Below the pieces are notes generated by a model, which was not told where the DNA came from, made no database searches, and was given only the letters and a program-made list of their open reading frames with translations. Below, piece by piece: positions 13,197 to 27,487 of a DNA stretch of 64,000 nt. Source of the stretch: the human T2T-CHM13v2.0 reference genome, Homo sapiens; assembly GCF_009914755.1 (NCBI RefSeq), contig NC_060932.1; one strand, 5' to 3'. Numbering within the stretch: the stretch's first letter is position 1; every line of letters begins with the position of its first letter. The position numbers and the translations under genes were made by a program.

Positions 13197-16100
13197 GTAG
13201 CCTTCAAAGTTGCAGGAAGAACTGGAAAAGTTGATCACGTATGAAGTTGCTCCAAGTCACCACAGTGCAAGGGCTTTATAAAAGGACATTTACACACATT
13301 AGAGTACATTGGAAAACAAAATTTAAAGAAAAAAATAAAGGTAAAACAAACACAAGCTACTCCTCACAGAAGAAGAGAGGACAATAAAATAAACCAACAG
13401 CAGGAAGTCAGGAAGAAGAAATGCACATCCCGTGGACGGGCGGACGTCGCTGAATCAGAGCAGGAGCACCAGCACCTCAGAACCCGGCTCAGGAACCCGA
13501 TGTGACAAACATGGCCCTGGAGGGACCAGAGCGTAATGAACAAGGGCCGCATGAGAAAAGGCGGGACTTTAACAGAATGAAATAAAATTTATGGAAATTA
13601 AATAGTTACTGTGGTAAAAATGTACACAGGCAGTTACACATATTGGAAGCAGGCAAAGAATAAAATCAAAGGTCTGGTCTGAGGAGAGCTGAGGCTGTGG
13701 TCCAGGAATCAAGGGTCTTGTCTGGGGAGAGCTGAGGCTGTGGTCCAGGGCGTGCTATAGAGGAAAAAACCACTAGGAACATTAAAGGGAAGTTAGGAAA
13801 TACAGAGGCTGGAAGGAAATTCCAAAAGGAGAAGGAGGAAAGAGAGATGTGATGATTTTACAAGCTCATGAGTGAGACCTTTGCAGAAACACATGAATCC
13901 TGAGATGAAGAAACTCAGTTTAAATCTAGACGTGTATAAATGAATGCATCCTCTTTGTGGCAAAATTATAAAACATGAATAATTGAGAAAAAGAAAAGAA
14001 TTTATTAATACATCCAGAGAATAAAGCAACCTCAATCAATCAAATGGAAGTCAGGAAAGGACAAAAGGGAATCAATGGAAAGTGTACGGATAGAGAGAAG
14101 GATGAAACTCTGTAGTCCCTCTATTGAAAGGAAGCAGTCTAACAGAAAGATCATGATCTTTAACTAGGTTCTATCTATAAATATAACCTTAGAGGATGTA
14201 AAGTTTTAAAAATGACAAGATTGTGAAGTGAAGTGAACACACCCACGATTACTGTGGGGCAGATTAACACAACTCTCTCAGATACTTGGAAACAGCTCTG
14301 CCCAGTGAGCACCTCACTGTGGGACCTCAGGCGAGCACTCAGGGCCAGCCGGGGAAGCTGTGGTGCAGGCCTTCAGGCCACAGAATCTGGCTTCATAGGC
14401 TCAGCTGGACTCAGAAAATGCCCGTGACTGCTGACCTCCAAAGGGTCTGGAGCATGCTACCTCCCTGTGTAGAAACTGCTCGCGGTCCGGTGGGGGTAAA
14501 TAAGTGAGGAAAACAGCTCCAGGCAAAGCTGAGTGAGGAAGACAAAGAAACAGAAAGCCACGGGAGCAATGCCCTGTTGGAAAGACACCGTTAATCATGG
14601 CCACAACTCAAGAGCGAGATCTTGCATTGCACAGAGAGAAACGTCACCTCATCCTCTCCCCGCTCAGCCGTCCCCACCACATCCTCCTGCTCATGGGTGG
14701 TCTAGGGCAGTTCAGCTCACTCCGTAGATGAGTGATGGAAAGAAAAACTGGCTGTATCCGCACAAAATACACAAGCAAAACCTAAACGGGCTTCTGAGCG
14801 GGAGTAAAAGACCACCCCAGAAAAGAGCTCCTGTAGATTGGAGGGAAACAAAGAGCCACCATTCCAGCAGGGCTGCAGGACAAAGCAGCTCAGCGTGGCA
14901 ACTGCGAACATGGAAAAAGGATCACAAGCAGAAATAAGGTGACACGGAGAAGAGATAGCCAGGCACCAGGAGGGATGTCAGAATAAGGGGATGTAGAATA
15001 GGAAGTGACCAAACTCAGAAAGGAAATTGAAGAAAAAGACGCAGCTGTTTTAGAAATAAAGATGGAGCCATATAGAAGCCAAGAGACAATGGACGTTTCA
15101 GAAAGTCTATTATAGAAATGGAGGAATGGTCAGAAGTCAGGAAAAAGCTGAAGATCCTGAACGTTTTTCATGCAACTTCCCACAAACTTCTAGGAAAATA
15201 TAAAAAATACAACAAAGCTCAGAACTGAAAAAGAGAGATGGCTCCTTACCTGCCCCTGTGTGTTGCGTCTGGCATTGACTTCAACAGCAGGTAAAGAAAA
15301 TCTAGAAACAGTTTTTGTCATCATCTTATCTTTTGCTTCAACTTTCAATCTTGGATTTACCTGAAATGATATTGGTTATTTTACAGTCTTTTTAAAGCCG
15401 GTTTCTCCTGTTTGCAAACATAAGGATGGAAGAGTAGCAATGAGCTTTGTTGGGGAACAGCCGGAGGGCACAGAGGAGGAGTGACAAGACCCCAGAGGAC
15501 CCAGGGAAAGGAGCAGGCAGGTCGGCGGCCGCAGCTTCACCCGGGCCGGAAGTGGACGATGAGACTCAAGGGGTCAGAGCAAGAGGAAGACGGTTCACTG
15601 CTCGGGGCACAGGGAGACCAGAGGCCCCAGCATGCAATAGCCAGGTCCAGACAGTGGCTGCCATGGAGTGAGCTGTACCCAGGGGAGCAACCCGGGCCAA
15701 GGCGTCAGTCCCTCTGACAGCCACCCAGGCCACCTCCTGGGAATAAGTCGTCATGAGCTGTCAGTCTAGATTACTGAATGCTTGCGTGACGAGCTACAGG
15801 GAGGGCTCAGGGCTGGGGCAGCTGAGCCTGGAGATTTGGATCAATCATCAGGGGCCTGCAGGGCCACTTTCACCCTCCCACCCCGTGGTCCTACATGTCC
15901 TCAGCAGAACTCGGATTTTCACAGGGATGTCCTCTGATCAGGTCCTCAGCTTAGACCCAGCACTGGGTCTCATTTGATGAGGGTTTTTGTCAGCAGACTC
16001 ACAGGCAGCAGCATGCAGCCAGCCTATGGTTCTGACCTGGGCTGTGCACCCAGGACCCATCCAAGGGAGCCCCCCACAGAGGGGATGGTCATCTTGTTCC

Positions 16101-16579
16101 TGGTCACCGTGTAGCTTCTTGCTTGTGGGATGTGAATTGTTCAGCCTTTCTGGTGGCATGAATCCAAACACAGCAGGAAGTGTTGTTGACAACACAGCCC
16201 ATTCCCTGTTCAGCCAGCGGCACCGTCTTCTGCAGCCAACCGTCCAGTCTACCATGACTGTCCGAGGGAGAGTGGAGTGGCCTCTGCTGACCCGGGGCTT
16301 GTGCTGTCTTCTGGACTTCCTCAGCTCTCGCCTCTGGGGAATGGGCTTTGACTTCTGGGAATAGGACTCACTGTGGTGTGTAGCCCAGCGTTGCTGAGAG
16401 GCATGATTCCGTGCCATCTGGAGTCCCTGTATTGGCCTGAAGCATGGGGTCCGGAGTGAGGCAGACTGGGGGCTGCCATGTACCCTCTAAGCGCATAACT
16501 TTCTCCTTTTCTCATCCCGCAGATTCATCAGTCTCCCATTTGGTAGAGCCGAGAGATTCCTGGAGCTCTCTCATTGCGG

Positions 16580-16815
16580 GACCTCCCCTTGGTGCCCTCT
16601 GTAGGGGTGCACTGTCCTGCGAGATGGTGGGGTTTGTGGGGGTGAGGGGGGCTGCAGTCCTGTAGGACCTCCCCTTGGTACCCTCTGCAGGGGCACGTCC
16701 TGCGGGACGGTGGGGTTTGTGGGGGTGAGGGGGGCCGCAGTCCTGTAAGATCTCCCCTTGGTGCCCTCGGCAGGGGTGCACTGTCCTGTAGGATGGTGGG
16801 GTGTGGGTGAGGGTG
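16580..16815. repeat. Tandem repeat, ~85-bp unit x ~2.7
   Basis: ga(c/t)ctccccttggt starts at 16580, 16666 and 16749. Confidence 0.85.
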
Positions 16816-17049
16816 GCTGCAGTCCCGCTGTTCTCCTTGAGTGGGATCCTGGGCTCTCTCCCAGCCCTTGCCACCCAGAAAACCAGACAGCAGCCTGGAG
16901 CCACTTGTTTGCTGGCTGTGGTCCGGCATCTTGGCAGTTCTGTTACCCACTCTGCTGCCTCAATCCTGCAGACATCACTTGACGTTTCTGGCATAAACTT
17001 TGCCTGAAAACATACATTTAAAGATGATGGCTTAACCTATTCTTGTGTT

Positions 17050-17990
17050 GTTTTTTTTTAAATTATACTTTAAGTTTTAGGGTACATGTGCACAATGTGC
17101 AGGTTTGTTGCATATGTATACATGTGCCATGTTGGTGTGCTGCACCCATTAACTCGTCATTTAGCATTAGATATATCTCCTAATGCTATCCCTCCCCCTC
17201 CCCCCACCCCACAACAGGCCCCAGTGTGTGATGTTCCCTTTCCTGTGTCCATGTGTTCTCATTGTTCAATTCCTACCTATGGGTGAGAACATACAGTGTT
17301 TGGTTTTTTGTCCTTGCGATAGTTTGCTGAGAATGATGGTTTCCAGCTTCATCCATGTCCCTACAAAGGACATGAACTCATCCTTTTTTATGGCTGCATA
17401 GTATTCCATGGTGTATATGTGCCACATTTTCTTAATCTGGTCTATCATTGTTGGACATTTGGGTTGGTTCCAAGTCTTTGCTATTGTGAATAGTGCCGCA
17501 ATAAACATACGTGTGCATGTGTCTTTACAGCAGCATGATTTTTAATCTTTTGGGTATATACCCAGTAATGGGATGGTTGGGTCAAATGGTATTTCTAATT
17601 CTAGATCCCTGAGGAATCGCCACACTGTCTTCCACAATGGTTGAAGTAGTTTACAGTCCCACCAACAGTGTAAAAGTGTTCCTATTTCTCCACATCCTCT
17701 CCAGCACCTGTTGTTTCCTGACTTTTTAATGATCGCCGTTCTAACTGGTGTGAGATGGTACCTCATTGTGGTTTTGATTTGCATTTCTCTGATGGCCAGT
17801 GATGATGAGCATTTTTTCATGTTCCTGTTGGCTGCATAAATGTCTTCTTTTGAGAAGTGTCTGTTCATATCCTTTGCCCACTTTTTGATGGGGTTGTTTG
17901 TTTTTTTTCTTGTAAATTTGTTTGAGTTCTTTGTAGATTCTGGATATTAGCCCTTTGTCAGATGAGTAGATTGCAAAAATTTTCTCCCAT
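17050..17990 (-). mobile_element. 5'-truncated L1PA LINE-1 (end of ORF2 plus 3'UTR)
   Basis: Minus-strand ORFs 17542-17868 ([14 protein letters not shown]...[18 protein letters not shown]) and 17266-17508 are L1 ORF2p C-terminal sequence; TSD tcttgtgtt on both sides. Confidence 0.95.
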
Positions 17991-18098
17991 CTTGTGTTTT
18001 TTTAAAGAAAAAGTTTTATTGGGGTATAAGTGCTGTATAAGAAACTCATATATAAAATCCAAAATTTGATACATTTTGGCATATGTGTATACCAGTAA

Positions 18099-18485
<387 letters not shown>

Positions 18486-19294
18486 TGATGTTTTTTCTAT
18501 TTAATAGAATCATTTAAATATTTCATATTTATCATTATAGTTGAATTAATTGCTGCATTGTTTGTGGTTTCTCTGCTCCTTGGCTGTGATTTAGGAGCTA
18601 CCAATATTGTTTCTAACTCAAATAAGAGGTCATCTTAAGTGAAAAAAGGATGCCTATTAAAGTCAACATTTCCAAATGTTATAATAAAAATGTGCGTGTG
18701 TATAAAATGCTTTATTTTATAGTTGTTCCCTCAGTACCGATGCTCATTAATACATTCCTGAGTTTACACTTCTGCATTTTTATTTGTTCTCATCCAGGAA
18801 AGCTTTCAGTTTTTAACTTGAAATCCAGTCGTTTTGTCAAGATGTGAGTGGTAGTTCATGTCTCAAAATAATTCACCTGGAGCATATTGAGCCTGTAGAT
18901 CAGAATTTTTTTTGCCCCCAGCGGAAAGAGGTTTTTTTTTTTGTTTCTGTTTTTTTTTTTTCCATTTAGAATTTTGTTTCAGTTGTCTTGTTTCTGTTTC
19001 ACTTTTAAAAAAATGTTTCCTTAAAGAGAAGATCAATGATTCCTGGGTTAGACTTCCTTTTACTTTCTCTTTATATATTTTTTTCTATAATTAAAGAAAA
19101 TTACTTTGTGTTATTCCTTTGAATTTGTAAAAACTTGTCAAGTGTTTTCTCTGAATTATGTATTGAATATTTTAAATCTCTAGTACTTAATTTTAATTCT
19201 AGGATTTTGTTCTGGCTTCCTTGATCACTTTTCTTCTCCCATTCAGCTACTTTAAAAGTCCCAGACAATATTGAATATTTCATATGGATAACAG

Positions 19295-19505
19295 TAATAA
19301 CAGCCAATACTTTCTGAGTGGGTATGAAGTGCCAGACACTGTTCTTAGTGCTTTTGTTTATTAACTCACTTTATATCCAAAACACCTTGCTAGACAGGAA
19401 GATTACTAGCCCTATTTTACAGATGAGGACATCAAGGCCTCGAGGAATTAAATAACTTGCCCAAGGTCATATCTTGTAAGTTTGGAAGCTTGTGTGACTC
19501 CAGGC
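19295..19505. mobile_element. MIR SINE remnant
   Basis: Core cctattttacagatgagga...aaataacttgcccaaggtcat. Confidence 0.7.
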
Positions 19506-19852
19506 AGCCAGGACACAAGGTCACACCGATGTGGCTGATCCACGTGCCTCTACCCTTCTTGGCTTCCTACTTGGAGGGTGGTCATTTGGTGTGTAATTGG
19601 AGGTGCTCAGCCGAATTTTTTTTCAATACTTGCTTTTTTCAATATTAAGTAATTTTCTAACTAATGCTTTTCTTCCATGCAATTTTCTCTCCTCTTCTGC
19701 TACGGAATGTTTTCATGGAGCTGATATTTCTCTGCGTTTTCTGTTTGTTTGCAATCTCTGATTTTTAAATTTTATTTGATCTCTGAAACAAAATATATTT
19801 ATAGAGGTTTTTATAGCAGCTGTGGGACTGGATTTCCTTTGTTCTTTCTAGC

Positions 19853-20318
<466 letters not shown>

Positions 20319-20820
20319 TCTTTCTAGCATTTATTAAGGTGGTGAATAGACCTAAGAAAATGTTGCCGGCTGGTAGTTCAGTTGTTCTGGAAGTCCTCTA
20401 GCAATATTTGTATTGCCTATGGAATATTAATTAACCATTCACTGAGTACAGAGGTGGTGTACTGCTGCGTCTTTGGCCTGAGAGGATTCGCCTGACTACC
20501 TGAGGTCATTTGCATAGGGCAGCAGCTGGAGGGCACCCTGTAAAACAGTGGAAGAACAAGTGATTCCTCTGGTTAGAACCCGGCAAGAGCTTCTCACCAA
20601 TAGGAACCATGTCCTCACTGTGGCCTGTGTGTCTCTCCATGCACAACTCCCCTCTTAGCCCCCTGCCCTGCCTTACACCCTGATCCAGCTGCCTCTGTGC
20701 TCCGCCGTGATAGTGATGGATCCCAGGGCAGCAAGATGGTCGGAGGTGGGAGGGCAGGAGGTGAGAGGCTGCCTTGGTGGCTTGCTGTGGACATCAGGGT
20801 GAAGAGAGGCTCACTGCAAC

Positions 20821-21021
20821 GGAGGAGGGTTAGGTGGATCAGGAGGAGGGTCAGGTGGATCAGGAGGAGGGTCAGTTGGATCAGGAGGAGGGTCAGGTGG
20901 ATCAGGAGGAGGGTCAGTTGGGTCAGGAGGAGGTGGATCAGGAGGAGGGTCAGGTGGATCAGGAGGAGGTGGATGAGGAGGAGGGTCAGGTGGATCAGGA
21001 GGAGGGTTAGGTAGATCAGGA
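20821..21021. repeat. Minisatellite, ~21-bp unit x ~10 (aggaggagggtcaggtggatc)
   Basis: Direct tandem units, some shortened. Confidence 0.95.
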
Positions 21022-21390
21022 CCAGGAGTGACTCAGGTAGACGCACTCCATCGCAGGTGGATGCTGGATCTTCGAGAATGTTAGCAAAACGCTGACAGTC
21101 CAGCCCTAAGGGTGAGGAGCACGGTGGCTCAGTATCACCGTGTGTCAGGCGAGCCTGGAGTAACTATGGAGGCTTCTACTCCCTTACTTCTGCCAAGGAT
21201 GTGAGGATGCACCTCCGATTTTGCCGTTGTTTTTAATAATCCAGTTCCTTGGTAATTACCCTGTGTGTGCCTCGCTCTGGAATCCATGTGCTTTAGGAGG
21301 GGTGGGTCCTGAGCAGCGTGTCTCCTGTGTGGTAGGTGCTCCTTAGAGACATGCCTGCCTGGGTGACTTTCTGGAATCACTGAGTTTCTT

Positions 21391-22454
21391 TATGAAGGAG
21401 ATAATGTATACAGCGGTCCATTTCCAAGACAAAGTGCCTTAAGTGGGCTTAGGTCAGCAAAACTACAGAAAAAACAGGAGAGACTAGGCCTGTGCTTGCA
21501 TCACCGATGCCTGCTTGTTGGCCTCCCTGCCTTCACCCGCTCTTAGTTGCCCTCACCCCAACCAAAGATGTTTAGTCTAAGATGAAAGTTTACTAGCCTG
21601 CAAAATAGCTCGTTTTGTTTGTTCTTATCAGCCTGCCCAGCTACTTAGGTCTTAAGTCAAATACTTGAAGAGCCCCTGAGCTGACTAGGATTGCAGTGAA
21701 TTGTGGGCTGTGACAAAATGCAGCAGGACAACCCTACAGCCCCTGCCCAGCAACCAACAGGTGACATCTGGGAGGATTGTGACCCCATAGTACTCAGCCT
21801 ATGAGGAACTGGGGGAGGGACCTGCACCCTTCAGCCCCTATCCAACAACCAATAGGTGACATCCAGGAAGATTGTGACCCTACAGTACTCAGCCTATGAG
21901 GAAGCGAGGGAGGGACCTGTGCCCAGCAGCCCCTACCCAACAACCAACAGGCGACATCCAGGAAGATTGTGACCCCACAGTACTCAGCCTATGAGGAACC
22001 GGGGGAGGGACCTGCACACTACCCCCCTTGCCCAGCAACCAATAGGTGATGTCTGGGAAGACTGTGACCCCACAGTACTCAGCCTGTGAGGAACCGGGGG
22101 AGGGACCTGCACACTACACCCCTTGCCGAGCAACCAATAGGTGATGTCTGGGAAGACTGTGACCCCGTAGTACTCAGCCTATGAGAAACCAGGGGAGGAG
22201 CCTGCACCCTACAGCCCCTACCCAACAACCAACAGGCGATGTCTGGGAGGATTGTGACCCCGTAGTACTCAGCCTATGAGGAACCGGGGAGGGATCTGCG
22301 CAGTAGGGGATAAATGGCTTGTTGTAACCGTGCTGGATGTGCCTGCCCACCAGACACCCGATCTTTCAAGGCTGTCGTTTAAAGTCTCACTTTTGCTCCT
22401 CTCCAGGTCTCTAGTCCATTCTTTGGGTTTGGAGGGGTGAGTTTGTTTACCACA
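21391..22454 (+). mobile_element. ERV1-class solo LTR (LTR10C-like) with internal tandem expansion
   Basis: tgaaggagataatgtatacagcggtccatttccaagacaaagtgcc start, gggtgagtttgtttaccaca end, TATA-like gataaat at ~22309; subfamily name from memory. Confidence 0.75.
21735..22302. repeat. 95-bp unit x 6 inside the LTR
   Basis: gtactcagcct recurs at 21790, 21885, 21980, 22075, 22170 and 22265 (exact 95-bp period). Confidence 0.97.
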
Positions 22455-23556
22455 TTTAAAATACACTTTTTTCAATTCCTAAGCAAACTCCTTACACTAT
22501 AGCTATGGGGGAATAGAAAACTTTAGGCACAGCGCCTGAATACAGGCCATCTGTTTGGTAAGAACACAGTTTATGATCACAGCATAAGATGACACCTCAC
22601 TGCGTCCACAGCACTGGGAACAACAGCAGGGTGTTCACATGGCAAAGAGGCTGAGAATTCCTAATATCAGCTATTGGTTTGCATAATTTACCTGCTTTCA
22701 TATACCGTTATTGTTATTATCGCTACCATTTTGCCATACTGTGGTTTTAACTTTGCCATCAACTGAAGGGAGAAGCTGGAGCTTTGGTTTCAGCCATGTG
22801 CGTTGCCCTGTGTTCCTCATTTCTACCGTGACTTTCCCTTGGCTTCTGCCGCCTACTTCTAAATTCATGGTTTAGAGCATTAACCACATTCCCTGCTCAC
22901 TGCTCTTTGGGGGGCCAGCTGAGGCTGGGGGATCCACTTCTGATATGATCCCACCCACAGGGCTGCTGTGTTGGCGCTGGCTGTGGGCGAGGAGCTGAGT
23001 CCTTCTCCAGGAGGCAGTTCCAGGGCAGTGGGATTCTTCAGTGGCAATGGGCTTCCCCCAGATGGCTAAGGTAGGAGCTGCCCGGCCCTCCTAGGGCTTA
23101 CGTACGTCCAGACCCAGCCCAGGGTTGCTTTGGCCTTGTTCTCTTTGTTGAGGCAGAACTCAGGGACACATCAGGGTCAAAGGTAAGCTGGAGTCTTGGT
23201 TCACTGGGGACCCTGGGATAGCAACACACCATTTAACTCACCCAATAGCAACACACCCTTTAACCCTTTGTCCCTGAGCGAGCCAGCTTCCCTCGACCCT
23301 AACTGCCCTCCTGCATTCAGCAGGCATCCTAAAAACACAGCTCAAGTGCCAAGGTCTTCGTGAAGACTTCCAGGTCCCTACAGGAGGTTTCTGTGTGCCT
23401 TGCTTTCACATCAGGTTGGATAATTACGGTCGCAAGCGTGCTTGCAGTCCATTCACACATTTAGACACAGGGACCTCCCCACCAGGCTGAACTCCTCGAG
23501 GAGAACACAAGCCCTGTCAGATGTCTCCTTCTGCCCTCGCCGATGGGGGGAGCGGC

Positions 23557-23925
23557 CGTTACGGCTGAGCGGTGTCCCTCTCAAACCAGTGTTGAAGCCT
23601 CTCATGTGACTGTGTGACTGTCTTTGGAGACGGGGCCTTTAAAGAGTTGAGTAAGGCTAAGTGAGGTCATATGGGTGGCCCTGATTCAATCTGACCCACC
23701 ACCTTATATGAAGAGGAGTTTAGGACACAGACACGAAGAGAGGGAGGCTGTGAGGACACAGGGACAACACAGCATCACAAGCCGAGGAGAGAGGCCTCAG
23801 GAGGAACCAGCCCTGTCCACAACTGGATCTGGGACTTCCAGCCTCCGGGACTGCGAGGAAAGGAATTCCTGTGGTTTGAGCCGCTCAGCCTGGGACACCG
23901 TGTCACGGCAGCCCAGGCAGGACAC
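23557..23925 (+). mobile_element. MLT1 (MaLR) LTR remnant
   Basis: tgtgactgtctttggagacggggcctttaaagag, gagaggcctcaggaggaaccagccctg, gacttccagcctccgggactgcgag. Confidence 0.75.
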
Positions 23926-24876
23926 AGCAGCCCCCAGGAAGGAGGGGCCCCGTGTGGAGTGTGTGGACATCAGGCATGAGGCCAGGCCAGGTGGTAGACG
24001 GAGCCTTCACAATACAAGAAGAGGAAGGTTTCTTTTAGGTTTCTCACTGCTTGTGACGTAAGCAGTTAGACCGAGACCCGTATCCATTTAACAAATATTT
24101 TTGTACAACTTTCCCAAGTTGAGTTTAATTATCAAAGCAAAATGCATAGGTGATGTGTGACTCTAAACTTAGGACTCTTCGTGCATTACTGGTGAGGGTG
24201 AAAGGATTACGAAGGGCAGAGATGAAATGACAAAACACTCTACTCATCTTTTAATCTTGTGAGGAGTTCAGAACAGATGGCCCGTTTGAACAGAAATGTT
24301 ATATTTCTTATGAAAATAAATGATACCCCAGGCAAGCATCTTGGCAGCTGAGATTCACTCACTATTCTGATTAACACCACAGCCGTTGCATAGGCACATT
24401 AAAATGTAGAGCTTAACGACAATAAGCTATTTGAACAGATTTTTAAACACATATTTATTCATTAAAAAGGGATGAAAGCATTTGCATCGGTAAGTTGTTT
24501 AACTAGAAACAGAATATTTGTGAGATGTAGCATTTCTCAAACACTATTTTAAATGGAAATTTAAGTTCTTTAATTCCAAGCTTTCTGACTTATTGATGAG
24601 TGTTGCCATGATATAACTTACTAAACTTTATGTCTTTAGCTCTAGTTCATGCTACTTATGGAAGACATTTTGAAAATTACAAATTTGGAATGTAGATTTA
24701 ATAGCCAGGATTCGGTGACCATATCTATAATTATATTGACAGCTGGAGTTGGCTAAACATTTGCTGAAATAAACTTTACATAAAATAGAATCTATTCTCC
24801 TGATTTAATTATTGGTTAGTATTTCCTATTGTAGATGATACATTCCTAAATCACATCCTCCTCCCTTGACTTCCCC

Positions 24877-25458
24877 CTACACACACAGGCATACACACAC
24901 ACACACACACATACACTATACACACATATACATACACACACGTGCATACACACACATACACACATACTATACACACATATACATACACACATATATACAC
25001 ACACACTATACACACATATACATACACACATGCATACACACACATACACACTATACACACATATACATATATACACACATACACACATGCACACACATAC
25101 TATACACACATACATACATATATACACACACATACACATGCATACACACACATATACTATACACACATACACACACATATATACACATACATGCATACAC
25201 ACATACACACATACTATACACACATATACACATATACACACATACACACACTATACACACACATACATATACATATATACACACATACATGCATACACAC
25301 ACAGTATACACACATACATACACACATATATACACACATATACACATGCATACACACACATATACTATACACACATATGCATACACATATATATACATAC
25401 ACATATATACACACAAATACACACACATATACTATACACACATATACATACACACACA
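24877..25458. repeat. Degenerate (CA/TA)n microsatellite
   Basis: acacacatatacatacacac-type units over ~580 bp. Confidence 0.95.
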
Positions 25459-27404
25459 ATTTTATGCATACTTTTCTGGGAAACTGTTTTATTTAAGATA
25501 TTTTATGTTTTCTCCTTTCCAATAATTCATTTGAAGTTTTTTTTAAGGCAGGACTTGCAGAAATAACATGCCGATGATGTTTCTTCCTTTTCGAGGTTAG
25601 AAAAAATTTTTTTTATGTTATTAGGTCACACTTGACCAAAAGTCTGCCTTTTTCTTCCCAACACAGACTAATAGCTCAGCGCATTAAAACAAAAAAATGG
25701 TTTTCAGAGCAAACACTTGTGTCTTCTGATTTTCATTCAGTCCGAATGGCATATGGAACCTGCTGATTTGAATGGAATCATGCAGATCCCAGGCATTGCT
25801 CATGGCTTATTTCCTTGTCAATAGCCAAGAATGGCTCATTCATCTTACATTCATAGAATATTTATTGCGTATTACTGTATTCCAGGTATGCTGGAAGGTC
25901 CTGGAGATTCAAGTGTGGGAAGGCAGTCCCGGCCCCCATTGCTCGCCGAACAGCTTCCAGTCTGCACGGAAGTAAGTACTCTCGGGTGGTTTGAGGAACA
26001 GCAATGCACAGCTGATATAGAAATTGGTCTGCTAAAGTTGGTTACTGTCATCACAAAACCTAAAACACCTGCTGTTGATGGGCCGTGGACAGGGTGGTGG
26101 GTGGCAAATGAAATGGCAGCGAGCGGGGACTGGCACCCTTCAGAGAAGCTGTTGTGGACCCCAGGCAGGGTAGATGCCTGCAGGGTAGACCCACGACAAC
26201 CGCAGAACTGTCAGGGGAGATAGAGTGAAGCTGAGGAGCTTCATCTGGCAAAGGCGAGCTCCAGCAGTCAGCGTTTCGGCCGAGTTCTCCTGGTGGTGCA
26301 GGACAGGGGAGGACATGAGCGCCGCCGTCGGCAGCAGAATCGAGAGGGGACACCCAGAGGCCAGTGCTTGTAGGGTTGTATGAGAAAACTCATTTCAGTC
26401 TCCTCATCCAGTAAAATATCCTAAAAAATCCAAACCAGAAAACCAGAAAGCAAGTGGGGAACACAGATCAAATCAAGGGCACAGCTCCAAGGCTGGTTTC
26501 AGACCTCTAAGGTAGCAAAGCAAAAGTGCCATTCAGCCTCTCAGCCAGAAAGAAGAGCTTCCAGCACCCTAAGGGTGGTATCCCAAAACCATCCGAAATG
26601 CCTGAAACAGACCCAAATCTAGAATTAAAGGCATTTTTCAAAAATGCCTGTGGTGTGTGTGTGTGTGGCCTTTGCCAAATGGAGTAGATTCCAAACAAAT
26701 GCATAGATAGCTGCCAGTGTTATTTTTCTATCAAGCATCTTCTAAAACAGTAAGGTATAATTTTCATACAGTAAAATATATAGATTAGAATTGTACAGTC
26801 TGATACATTTTGACAAATTTATGTTTATATCCTCATCACTCTAATCCAGAGACATTGCATTTCTACAAGTCCAGAAAGTTATCCTCATCCCCTTGCTCAT
26901 GACTCGGCCCCTGCCTTTGAGGCAGCCACCCCTCGGCATTTCTCGTCATTGGTTAGTTTTGCCTGTCCTGAAGCTTCGTATAAATGGAGTCAGTGAGCGC
27001 CTTGCCGCCTGCTCGTGGCCTTCGAGGCTCATTGTGTTTCCCGCTTCCACATGTCCATGCTATTTGCATTCTTACCATCAAAAGTCCAAGTCTGTTTCTC
27101 CAGCCCCGAGTCAAGGCTGGCCCTGAGATTTACTCTGTTCAACAGAAAGAGGTGGAGTTGACTTTGTGCCTGTCCAAACACTGGCCCTGAAGGGCATGTG
27201 TATGGCTTTGCTCTCTTTTATGAGGCTGCCGTGATCACGTGCACAGGCCAGACTAGCTTGTTGGGTGTTAAGTCATGTGACCTAGTTACCGCATTGCCCA
27301 GGCAGGCTCCAGGCTACCCTCTGACACGTGGGTGAGGCCATCCTGAACCCCTCAGTCCCAACGCCACCTGTCAGCTGACCACAGAGGCATGAACCAGCCC
27401 AGGC

Positions 27405-27487
27405 TGACTGATTGGCTGAACCACCCCCATTGACTGATTGGCTGAACCAACCCTATTGCCTTATTGGCTGAACCACCCCCATTGACT
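27405..27487. repeat. ~26-bp unit x 3 carrying ATTGG (CCAAT) boxes, at the 3' part of an old MLT1-like LTR remnant
   Basis: tgactgattggctgaaccacccccat repeated; followed by MLT1-like ttttggggtggtttatgacacggcag. Confidence 0.85.

Noticed and set aside
17266-17868. ORFs with real protein similarity
   Set aside because: A frameshifted C-terminal remnant of L1 ORF2p in a truncated element, not a host gene.
21735-22302. Regularly spaced repeats superficially like a CRISPR array (also 54555-55040)
   Set aside because: Whole units are homologous, there are no unique spacers or cas genes, and the context is human.
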